A stretch of DNA of 64,000 nt from Candidatus Aminicenantes bacterium (GTDB taxonomy: Bacteria > Acidobacteriota > Aminicenantia > Aminicenantales > JAFGBC01): NCBI GenBank assembly GCA_963702005.1, contig OY969696.1, positions 2,592,001-2,656,000 of the forward strand, written 5' to 3'. The position numbers and the translations under genes are program-made. The notes beneath the pieces were generated by a model. The model was not told where the DNA came from, searched no databases, and was given only the letters and a program-made list of their open reading frames with translations. Positions 8,214-16,642 of this stretch are shown here, piece by piece (the stretch's first letter is position 1; each line of letters opens with the position of its first letter).

Positions 8214-9788
8214 TTGATGGCGACCCACCCCAATTCCTACGCGCTGGCCAATCCGCTCTCGGTCCTTTTCAACAAGCCCCCGACGGACTTCCAGCGGGCC
8301 GACTTCCTGAAGGTCATCGAGCACAAGCAACTGGAACGGATCACTTTTCATTATACGGCCCTGGACGGCAAGCTCAAGGAGCTTAAAGTCCCGGTCGCAA
8401 ACGCCCGCCAGGCCGAGATGATCCTGGCCGAGGGGGAGCGGGTCGACGGCTCCTCGCTCTTCAAGGGGATGGTCGACGCGGCCCTCTCCGACCTGTACGT
8501 CGTTCCCGTCTACAGGACGGCTTTCCTGAACCCGTTCGACGAAGGCAGCCTCGATTTCATCTGCCGCTACCTGACCAAGGACGGCGAGCTGGCCCCCTTC
8601 GCTCCGGATACGATCCTGATCCGGGCTCTCGAGACCTTCCGCAAAAACTCCGGGCTCGACCTCTACAGCCTGGGCGAGCTCGAATTTTTTCTATTGAGCC
8701 CGATCCAGGCTCCCATCTACCTCAATCCCAAGACGTCGAGCTATCACGCCTCGGCCCCCTACGTCAAGAGCGGCACCATCCTCAACGAGATGGTCCGGTA
8801 CATCACTCAGATCACGGGGGCCGTCAAGTACGCCCACAGCGAAAACGGGTTCGTCGAGAGCGTCCGGAGCGATGAGCCCGAGATCGCCGGGAAGAGGGCC
8901 GAGCAGCTCGAGATCGAGTTTCTGCCCCGGCCGGCCGAGGAGATGGCCGACAGCCTCGTTTTGGGCCGCTGGCTGATCCGGAATACTGCCTTCCGCTACG
9001 GCTGCGTCGCGACCTTCACCCCCAAGATCGAGGAAGGCGTCGCCGGAAGCGGCCTTCACTTCCACCTCGAGCTTCTCCGGGACGGAAAGAGCGTCATGAC
9101 CGGCAAGGACGGCGCCCTGTCCGATGAGGCCCGCAAGCTCATTGGGGGGCTGTGCGAATACGCCGACAGCCTGACGGCCTTCGGAAACACGGTCTCCTCG
9201 GCCTACCTCCGGCTCGTTCCCAACCAAGAGGCGCCGACCCGGATCTGCTGGAGCAACCTCAACCGGAGCGCCATGATCCGGGTTCCCTTGGGCTGGACAA
9301 ACCTCCAGGATCTGGCCGGGCGCGTCAACCCCGGAAACGGTCCGGAGTTCCGAGAGCCGAGCGGCGGCCGCCAGACGGTCGAGCTTCGCTCGCCGGACGG
9401 AAGCGCCCTCATCCATCTCATGCTGGCCGGACTAGTCATGGCCGTCGACTGGGCCTTCCAGGAACGCCGGTCGCTCTTCCACGAGAACCTACCTCTCCAG
9501 CTCGCCGAAAAGTTTTACGTTAAAGGGAATATTTTCACCGATAAGGAGCTCCTGGCGCGGCTGCCCATCCTGCCGATGAGCTGCGTCGAGTCCAGCCGGA
9601 TCCTCCTCATGAAGCGCGAGCTCTACGAGCGGGACGGCATCTTCCCGCCCAGCATTATCGACTATGTCGCCCAGCTCCTCCACAGCGAGAACGACGAGAA
9701 CATGAACAGGAGGCTGGCCGACCTGCCCGCCGACGACCGGCTTCACCAGACCCGCAAAATCATGCACAAGGATCTCCATCGGCATTGA
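8214..9788 (+). CDS. Glutamine synthetase family protein
   Basis: Motifs DGSS, ELEFF, EQLEIEF, PK..GVAGSGLHFH, RLVPNQEAP, NRSAMIRVP and ELRSPD. Confidence 0.88.
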   Translation: MMATHPNSYALANPLSVLFNKPPTDFQRADFLKVIEHKQLERITFHYTALDGKLKELKVPVANARQAEMILAEGERVDGSSLFKGMVDAALSDLYVVPVYRTAFLNPFDEGSLDFICRYLTKDGELAPFAPDTILIRALETFRKNSGLDLYSLGELEFFLLSPIQAPIYLNPKTSSYHASAPYVKSGTILNEMVRYITQITGAVKYAHSENGFVESVRSDEPEIAGKRAEQLEIEFLPRPAEEMADSLVLGRWLIRNTAFRYGCVATFTPKIEEGVAGSGLHFHLELLRDGKSVMTGKDGALSDEARKLIGGLCEYADSLTAFGNTVSSAYLRLVPNQEAPTRICWSNLNRSAMIRVPLGWTNLQDLAGRVNPGNGPEFREPSGGRQTVELRSPDGSALIHLMLAGLVMAVDWAFQERRSLFHENLPLQLAEKFYVKGNIFTDKELLARLPILPMSCVESSRILLMKRELYERDGIFPPSIIDYVAQLLHSENDENMNRRLADLPADDRLHQTRKIMHKDLHRH

Positions 9789-9793
9789 GCTCG

Positions 9794-10047
9794 AGCTGTG
9801 ATCCGCAAGACAGTCTCGCTCCCATTCAGGTTTTTAACGCCGTTTCCAAGCCGCTCTTCTCGGCGCCTGCGGAGCTCGCACGTCCGATCTCATCCTTTGA
9901 GCACATTCCTGTAATCAATATGCTATCCATCATGCATTTGGGTATAGCTCGAGAGTCCTCGCCGCTCGCAAAGCCGGGTTCCCTCGAAGAGCGGCTTGGA
10001 AAGGCTAAACCTTCAATGGTCGCTTCGACTATCTTGCGATCACAGCT
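9794..10047. repeat. 254-bp element with ~65-bp imperfect inverted arms (MITE-like or long hairpin)
   Basis: tttccaagccgctcttc (9843-9859) is the perfect inverse of 9986-10002. Pairing extends outward to agctgtgat / atcacagct. Confidence 0.8.
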
Positions 10048-10095
10048 AAGAAGGCGTATCCAGTTGGGCAAGCGTAGCTTTCAGAAGAGGGTCAA

Positions 10096-11157
10096 TTGTC
10101 GAGAGAAACAATGACGCCGCGGGAGCGCTGGCAGGCCGTCCTCGAGCGCCGTAAGCCCGACCGGCTGCCCATGGACTATTGGGGGACCGATGAGGCCACG
10201 GCGGCTCTCATGCGCCATCTCGGCTGCGCGTCGAAGGAAGAGGCTCTCCGCGAGCTCCACGTGGATTATGTCATCAAGGTCGCGCCCCGCTACATCGGAC
10301 CCAGGCTGCCTGCGGACGAGGACGTATTCGGAAGAAAATTCAGGGACGTCGACTACGGATCAGGGGTCTATCGCGAGTGCGTCCACAATCCGCTGGCGGG
10401 CTTCAAGTCGATCGAGGAGATCCAAAGCGGCTACTTCTGGCCCAACCCGGACTGGTGGGACTACGGCGTTATCCGCGGCCAGATTCGCGGCAACGAGATG
10501 TATCCCATTCAAGGCGGCGGCTCGGAACCGTTCCTGATCTATAAAGAGCTCCGCGGCGACGAACAGTCCTTGGTCGATTTCATCGAGAATCCGGAGATCG
10601 CCCATTATCTCCTGGACAAGCTTTTTGGGCTCGCCCATGAAGACACCCGGCGGATTTTCGAGCAGGCCCCCGGAAAAATTTTTCTGGCCTACGTGGCTGA
10701 GGATATGGGCGGCCAATCGGACCTTTTATTCTCGCCCGCCCACATCAGGGAGTTCCTGCTGCCCGGGATGAAACGAATCATCGACCTCGCCCGCCAGGCG
10801 GGGGTCTACGTCTTCCATCACAACGACGGCTCCTGCCGGAGGATCATCCCCGACATGATAAGCCTGGGCATCAACCTCCTCAACCCCATCCAGTGGCGCT
10901 GTCCGGGAATGGAGCGGGAAGGGTTGAAGCGGGATTTCGGGGACAAGATCGTCCTCCACGGCGGCATGGACAACCAACAGACGCTTCCCTTCGGGACCGT
11001 CGAGGACGTGCGCCGGGAAGTCCTGGACAACATCCGCATCCTGGGCGCCGGAGGCGGCTACGTCCTGGCCCCCTGCCATAACATCCAGTCCAACACGCCT
11101 CCTGAGAATGTCGTGGCCATGTACGAGACGGGATATAACGAAGGCCGCAGCGCTTAA
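10096..11157 (+). CDS. Uroporphyrinogen decarboxylase family (MtaA/CmuA-like) protein
   Basis: Motifs TPRER..PDRLP, EDMGGQ, HHNDG, NPIQ, LHGGMD and GGYVLAPCHNIQ..TPPEN. The ATG at 10111 is a plausible alternative start. Confidence 0.85.
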   Translation: MSRETMTPRERWQAVLERRKPDRLPMDYWGTDEATAALMRHLGCASKEEALRELHVDYVIKVAPRYIGPRLPADEDVFGRKFRDVDYGSGVYRECVHNPLAGFKSIEEIQSGYFWPNPDWWDYGVIRGQIRGNEMYPIQGGGSEPFLIYKELRGDEQSLVDFIENPEIAHYLLDKLFGLAHEDTRRIFEQAPGKIFLAYVAEDMGGQSDLLFSPAHIREFLLPGMKRIIDLARQAGVYVFHHNDGSCRRIIPDMISLGINLLNPIQWRCPGMEREGLKRDFGDKIVLHGGMDNQQTLPFGTVEDVRREVLDNIRILGAGGGYVLAPCHNIQSNTPPENVVAMYETGYNEGRSA

Positions 11158-11352
11158 TCCCCTTCGCGGGATTCCAGGGACGTTAGTCCGTGGATGAATA
11201 GCGAATTCCCCGCTTCGGGGACAGGCAGCAGCCTTGCAGTACTCATGGCTTCCATGAGTGCGGTTTCGCAGTACTCATGGAGCCGAATAAACGGCTCCAT
11301 GGGTGCGCTCCAGCGTCCGCAAAGGGTAGATCCCACGGACGTAAGTCCGTGG
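11158..11352. mobile_element. Non-autonomous palindromic element with IS200/IS605-type end hairpins and internal REP-like stems
   Basis: End hairpins ccagggac-gtta-gtccgtgg (11174-11193) and ccacggac-gtaa-gtccgtgg (11333-11352). Two internal GCAGTACTCAT stems. Segment 11158-11194 matches 62180-62216 at 32/37. Confidence 0.65.
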
Positions 11353-11356
11353 AGCT

Positions 11357-12856
11357 TCAGCGAGACCGGAATTCGTTTTTCAACGTTTGCCACAGGATGT
11401 TGAATCGACCCTGCAGCTCGCCATAAACGCTTGAGGCAAAGGGTCTCGGCTCGGCGTCGTCGGTTCCTTTGCGGACCATAGCTTCGGCAAGATCGGCGAT
11501 CGCAATCTCCTCGCCCTGCTCCCGGCGCCAGGTCCAAATGGATTGGAGGGCGGCGCCGAAGGCCGCGGCCTCCTGCTCCTGAAGCGTCACGACCGGCGTC
11601 CGGAACACGTCGGCCACGATCTGCAGCCAAAGGCGGCTTTTAGCTCCGCCTCCGGTGGCCCTGATCTCGGACGGCCTCAATCCCAGCTCCTTCATCCGGC
11701 CGAAGCCGTAGCCGAGGTTGAGGATGGTCCCTTCCATAATCGCGCGGGCCGTATCGGCTCGATTGAAGTTGAGCCTGTTCAGCCCGAACAGGACGCCGCT
11801 GGCCTTGGGAAGGACGGGAACCCTCTCGCCGTCGATGAACGGAAGAAAAACGAGGCCGCCTGCGCCCGGCTCGGCCTCGCCGGCCAGACGTTCGAGATCC
11901 TCGTTGGACAGGCCTCCGGCGAACGCCTTAAAAAGCTCAGTCGTGTTGGTGACGTTCATGGTGCAGAGGAGAGGGAGCCAGCCGCCGGTGCTGTCGCAGA
12001 ATGCGGCGATTTCGCCCTCAGGATCCGAAAAGGGCTCCGCGAAATAGGAATAGATAGTCCCGGAGGTGCCCAAGCTCAGCGTGCAAACTCCGGGCGCGAC
12101 GTTTCCCGTCCCGATCGCCCCCATCATGTTGTCCCCACCGCCGCTCGAAACGAGGACTTTCTTGAGCCCGAACTTCACTCTGAACTCGGGCCTGAGATAG
12201 CCCAGGGGGCGGGAGGAATGTTCCAGCTCGGGGAGGGCTGGGTCAAGCGAAAGATCGACGGCGGCTACAGCCTCTGGATGCCAACGCCTGTTCCGGATGT
12301 CCATCAGCCCCGTGCCCGACGCGTCGCCGTATTCCATGCGGACGACGCCGGTCAAGACATAATTTAGATAATCATGGGGGAGGAGGGCCTTGGACAGTTT
12401 TCCGAAATTAACGGGCTCATTTTTCTTGAGCCAGAGGATCTTCGAGGCCGTGAAGCCCACGGCCAGGGCGATGCCCAACTTTTCGATATAGGCCTTCGTC
12501 CCGCCCAATTGAGCGACCAGGAATTCCGTTTCGGCCGTCGTTGATGTGTCGTTCCAGAGCTTGGCGGGCCGGAGCGGCCGGCCGTCCCCGCCGAGAGGCA
12601 CGAATCCGTGCTGCTGTCCGGAGACGCCGAGCGACACGACCTGGCTGGGATCGATCTTCGATTCTTTGAGCGCTTCGCTGAGGGCCACCTCCAGCGCCGC
12701 CACCCAGACGGCCGGGTCCTGCTCGCTTTCTCCCGGCTTCAGGCCCGGGACCATGAAGTGGGGCGCGGCGCCCCGGCCGAGGACCTTGCCGCTCGCGCCG
12801 TCGACGACCAGAGCCTTGGTGCCTTGGGTTCCGGAATCAATCCCGATCGCGTACAT
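11357..12856 (-). CDS. xylB: Xylulokinase (FGGY carbohydrate kinase)
   Basis: Motifs MYAIGIDSGTQGTK, SGQQHG, KLWND, GDASGTG, GGGDN, SLGTSG, GERVP and GGGAKS. True start is the ATG at 12856. Confidence 0.88.
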   Translation of the reverse strand: MYAIGIDSGTQGTKALVVDGASGKVLGRGAAPHFMVPGLKPGESEQDPAVWVAALEVALSEALKESKIDPSQVVSLGVSGQQHGFVPLGGDGRPLRPAKLWNDTSTTAETEFLVAQLGGTKAYIEKLGIALAVGFTASKILWLKKNEPVNFGKLSKALLPHDYLNYVLTGVVRMEYGDASGTGLMDIRNRRWHPEAVAAVDLSLDPALPELEHSSRPLGYLRPEFRVKFGLKKVLVSSGGGDNMMGAIGTGNVAPGVCTLSLGTSGTIYSYFAEPFSDPEGEIAAFCDSTGGWLPLLCTMNVTNTTELFKAFAGGLSNEDLERLAGEAEPGAGGLVFLPFIDGERVPVLPKASGVLFGLNRLNFNRADTARAIMEGTILNLGYGFGRMKELGLRPSEIRATGGGAKSRLWLQIVADVFRTPVVTLQEQEAAAFGAALQSIWTWRREQGEEIAIADLAEAMVRKGTDDAEPRPFASSVYGELQGRFNILWQTLKNEFRSR

Positions 12857-12876
12857 GCATAGCCTCCGCAGCGTGG

Positions 12877-13701
12877 TCAGGTACAATGCCTGAGCCGCTC
12901 GAAATAGGCGGAAAAATCGGTGGGCTTCCTGACGGAAATCTTTTGATAGAGTTCGAGGTAGGCGTTCCCGAAGCGTCGCCTTTCGCGGTCGTTGGCGATG
13001 GTCTTCGCGAGGATTCGGCCTTGAGAGCCGAAGGACCCGATCGCCCTCCGAATGAGCTCTTCCTCGCCGGTCGGGGCTAAGATCCCGCAATCGGCCCTCA
13101 GCGTCGGCTCGCCCTCTTCGGGGGCGGCGAAGTCCGTCCAGACCGAATAGGCCAGGTAGCTTCGGATCTCGCAGGGGGGGCCGAGGTCGGCCAGGATCGG
13201 ATCGCCGGACTGGGGCATGGTGTAAACCCCCATATAGTAAGCGGCCGTGTGGTCCCGGTGCTCGAAATGTCCGCTCGAAAAAACGACCCGGCTGATCCGC
13301 TCCCGGCGGAAAATCCGGATGAGTTCATCGAATAGGCTAGGGCTTCCCTCCGGGCGTCGGTCGAGAGCGGACATCAAGGCGAAGTCGGGGGTGTCGTGGA
13401 ACAGAATCCGGTCTTCCGGGATTCCGAGCGATGCGTAGGCCGTCAGCGCTTCCTTCTGTCGCCGTCCGACGATGGAATCCTTTTCCGCGACCGTCGAATA
13501 ACCGGCGTCGCCGCGACAGAAGACGAAAACCCAGGGCATTCCTCCCCGGTCCAATACGGCCCTCAGGAGGTATCCGGCGCCCAGGATAACGTCGTCGTCG
13601 TGGGGGGAGAAGAAAGCGACCCGCTCCTTCCGCGCCCAGCCCGGAAACAGAAGGTCGAGCTCCCGGCTTCTCTTGAGCCGCCGGAAATCAACGAATTCCA
13701 T
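12877..13701 (-). CDS. PIG-L/LmbE family N-deacetylase
   Basis: Zinc motifs SPHDDD, RxxE and HRDH. Confidence 0.85.
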   Translation of the reverse strand: MEFVDFRRLKRSRELDLLFPGWARKERVAFFSPHDDDVILGAGYLLRAVLDRGGMPWVFVFCRGDAGYSTVAEKDSIVGRRQKEALTAYASLGIPEDRILFHDTPDFALMSALDRRPEGSPSLFDELIRIFRRERISRVVFSSGHFEHRDHTAAYYMGVYTMPQSGDPILADLGPPCEIRSYLAYSVWTDFAAPEEGEPTLRADCGILAPTGEEELIRRAIGSFGSQGRILAKTIANDRERRRFGNAYLELYQKISVRKPTDFSAYFERLRHCT

Positions 13702-15278
13702 TAAAAAACCTTGAGCGGATTTCGCAACGTCTGGAGATAAAAGTCCAGCTTTTCTCGATAATCCCGGCCCAGCTTCAGGAAGAGGTAGGCGTTCTTCTCA
13801 TAGAAGACGCTCCCCTTGGGGAGGGCGGTCAGGAGGTTGTTGGTTGAGTAGTCGGCCCAAGTGTAGAGGAGGGGCCTGACCCAGTAAACATACTCGCCGT
13901 CGGAAGGCGCATAAAAATAGGTCCCGGGCTTATGGAGGAAAGCGCCGGCCGGGCCGAAGACCGTGGCGAGATCTTTAATGCGGAGACAGAAGACGCCGTA
14001 ATCCTCCTTCGTGTTGAGGAGCCCGACCCAGTCTGCGTCCTCGGGCCCGATGGAGACGAGACCGAAGGGGACGCCCGGCTTGGCCTGGAGGGACATCTGG
14101 ACGATCCCCTGCCGCCGGGATTTATAGATCAGCGAATCGAACAGCTCCTTGGAGAAGACCATTTCGTCGTTCCGAACGGCGATGACGGCCAAGTCGTTCC
14201 GAGCCGTCATCCGCGTCTCGCTCAGGATCCAGGGCGCATCGATCTCGAGCGTATAGAGAACTTCGAGGTCGACGTCCTTGACGCGGGGCAGCGGGCCGCT
14301 GCGGAAGTTCCGGTACAGGAATTCGCCGCTCTTCTCCTCGAAGACGGCCGGCGGGTTCCAGTCGAAGGAGTGATCCCAGGCGACGCCGGGGACGAAGCAA
14401 TCGGGGTTCCAGTGGATGACGCCCGCTTTGTTATAGAGCTTGACGCCTTCCTTGAAGTATTCCATGGTATTGATCTGGCCGCTCTGGGGATGGAAGCCGA
14501 GGGCCAAAACCGAGTTTCGGACGGTCTTGCCCAGCCCCTCGCCGGTCACCTCGAACCCCTTCTCCTCGAACGGACCCTTTTCGCCCTTAAAAACCGAGAT
14601 CAGCTTGGTCTGGCGGCCCGCGACCTGGACCGGAAATGCGATCTTGGTGGTCAGTGTCACGGGATGGTCTTTGGCCGCGGCTTCGGAAGGGGAATTCTCC
14701 TTCGTGTCTAAAACCTGGTAGGGAATCTGGACCGCGCCGTCGAACAGGCAGAAGCGGCCGTCCTCGATCGTCGATTTGGGGGCGGTCAGGGTGGCGGTGA
14801 CGATCTCGGACTTCCGTCCCAACCCGGCCTCCTCCTCGATCTTTACGATCCGGTAGAATCCCTCCTCGCAGCTCAAGGAGGGAATCCCGCCGTCTTCAGG
14901 AGAGAACGCCCCGAACTCGGCTTTGGAGGGCTTCTTGGCCCCGGCCGGCAGATGGCTGAGGACGATCTTGTAGGCTTTATTGGCGCGCCAGGCGAAGTCG
15001 AGGATGAACGTATAAATTCCGGGGTCGAGGGGGGCGCCCAGCTCGACCTTCGCTCCGTCTTTAAAGACGAGAATATCTGCAACCGGCTTGCCGTCCATCT
15101 GGAGACTCTGGAAGGCCGTCTTTATTTTCTTGACGATGAAGGCGAACTGGATATGGAAACAGGGGCTTTCGATCGTCGGAGCCTTGAATTCGAGGCTCTG
15201 GGCCTGACTCTGCGCGAATAGCCCTGCGGCGGCCAACCCAAAGATCAAGAGAAGTCCGGAGACGAAGATGCGTTTCAT
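13701..15278 (-). CDS. Exported hypothetical protein, paralogue of 16639-18378
   Basis: Signal peptide. Shares GEGLGKTVRNS, GVIHWNPD, RNDEMVF and LRNPL with its paralogue. Confidence 0.75.
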   Translation of the reverse strand: MKRIFVSGLLLIFGLAAAGLFAQSQAQSLEFKAPTIESPCFHIQFAFIVKKIKTAFQSLQMDGKPVADILVFKDGAKVELGAPLDPGIYTFILDFAWRANKAYKIVLSHLPAGAKKPSKAEFGAFSPEDGGIPSLSCEEGFYRIVKIEEEAGLGRKSEIVTATLTAPKSTIEDGRFCLFDGAVQIPYQVLDTKENSPSEAAAKDHPVTLTTKIAFPVQVAGRQTKLISVFKGEKGPFEEKGFEVTGEGLGKTVRNSVLALGFHPQSGQINTMEYFKEGVKLYNKAGVIHWNPDCFVPGVAWDHSFDWNPPAVFEEKSGEFLYRNFRSGPLPRVKDVDLEVLYTLEIDAPWILSETRMTARNDLAVIAVRNDEMVFSKELFDSLIYKSRRQGIVQMSLQAKPGVPFGLVSIGPEDADWVGLLNTKEDYGVFCLRIKDLATVFGPAGAFLHKPGTYFYAPSDGEYVYWVRPLLYTWADYSTNNLLTALPKGSVFYEKNAYLFLKLGRDYREKLDFYLQTLRNPLKVF

Positions 15279-16642
15279 GGCTTAAACCTCCTGAAATAGG
15301 GGTTAACTGCTTTTGCCGGGATATCGACCCTATCTTGTCCCACGAGGTCCTGGACTGTCAAGGGCAGGCGGTTGAAGATGCCGACCTCCCGGCCCCTTTT
15401 CCAAAAGGCGTCCTCGATGACCGCGTATTCGACGGGAAAAACGAGGCGGTGGGTTTCAGCGAACCCCATAAAGGCGACGTCGATCATCAGCGCGACATTC
15501 CGTCCGAGCGGCTCGTCCGTATAGGGCGTGACCGCTCCGTATCCTTCCTGGCACTCCGAACAGCCCGTGTTGTGGATGAAGGTGTATGGTTCGCGGGGGG
15601 AAATGCGGCGGCCCAGCCGGTCTCTGAGCTTGGTGCGGGCGATGAAAGCCTTCCCGGCCCTGTCGATCGACGAGGAGGGCCGCCCGCGACGGGCGGCCTC
15701 CCGGGTCGCCTTGATGACGACATGATAGAGGCCCTCGAGCGCACGCAGGAAAGCCTTCTCGTCCGGTGTCCAGCCGGCCCCGACCTTTACGGTCCGGCGC
15801 ATGATTCCGTGATAGCCGTTGAAGGTGGGACTGATCCCGAGCGAGACGAACTCCCCTTTCCGGATGACCCGATTCGTGGCCGGGCCCAGCACGGTCCGGC
15901 CCCGCGTCCCGGAGGATACGATCGTCGGGAATCCGGTCCGGCCCGCCCCGAGCATCTTCATGATGGCGTCGCCGACGCCCGCGACGTCCAATTCGCGGAC
16001 TCCGGGCCGCAGCACGGCGAGCATGCCCAGGAAAGCCGCGTCCGCGATCGCGTTCGCGGCGGCGCACAGGGCAAGCTCTCGGGGGCTCTTTTCGTATTTG
16101 AGCAAGCGCAGCAGGCGGGGGGCGAAAACAACGTTATCCGAACCGAAGCGGCCCTGGAAGAGGGCCAGATGGTCATGGGGAAGAAACTGACCGCTCGAGA
16201 GGATCGCGATCCGCACGGCCCCTCCGGAGCGGGGAGGGACGAGACGGGCCATGAGCGCGTCGAGGCTCCCGAATTGAGCGTGGCGGTAGTCCTCATCCGA
16301 GATCTGGAACTCGCGGAGGAGGAAGACCTCGACGCCTGAAGCCTTGACGCAGTCTTCGAGGACGTGGCCGCCCTCAGAGCCGGCGACAACGATGGGACTG
16401 CCCTCGACCGGGACGATGATCCCGTAGCGCTCGATGATCGGGTCGAAGACGCCGGCCAGCCAGGCGACGTCCGACCGGTCGAGCTCGCTGCCGCAGGCGT
16501 AGGCCGCGTCAAAACCTTCGGCCTTGAGGACGGCCTGCAGGCGCTTCCAGCGCTCTTTGTACTCGGCTTTGGAAATGGCCAAGGAGCGATCGATGCGGTC
16601 CCCGTGGACGCGGATGATGTTTTCGATGAGTGTGGTCTTCAT
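15275..16642 (-). CDS. M24 pita-bread fold protein (creatinase-like) with non-canonical metal ligands
   Basis: Creatinase-like N-domain (EYKER). Motifs KSPREL, PGVRE, GYHGIMRRT, IHNTG and VIED. Confidence 0.75.
   Translation of the reverse strand: MKTTLIENIIRVHGDRIDRSLAISKAEYKERWKRLQAVLKAEGFDAAYACGSELDRSDVAWLAGVFDPIIERYGIIVPVEGSPIVVAGSEGGHVLEDCVKASGVEVFLLREFQISDEDYRHAQFGSLDALMARLVPPRSGGAVRIAILSSGQFLPHDHLALFQGRFGSDNVVFAPRLLRLLKYEKSPRELALCAAANAIADAAFLGMLAVLRPGVRELDVAGVGDAIMKMLGAGRTGFPTIVSSGTRGRTVLGPATNRVIRKGEFVSLGISPTFNGYHGIMRRTVKVGAGWTPDEKAFLRALEGLYHVVIKATREAARRGRPSSSIDRAGKAFIARTKLRDRLGRRISPREPYTFIHNTGCSECQEGYGAVTPYTDEPLGRNVALMIDVAFMGFAETHRLVFPVEYAVIEDAFWKRGREVGIFNRLPLTVQDLVGQDRVDIPAKAVNPYFRRFKP

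Noticed and set aside
11158-11352. CRISPR array
   Set aside because: The repeats are few, irregular and internally palindromic, with no constant repeat-spacer period and no cas genes. I saw no CRISPR array anywhere in the window.
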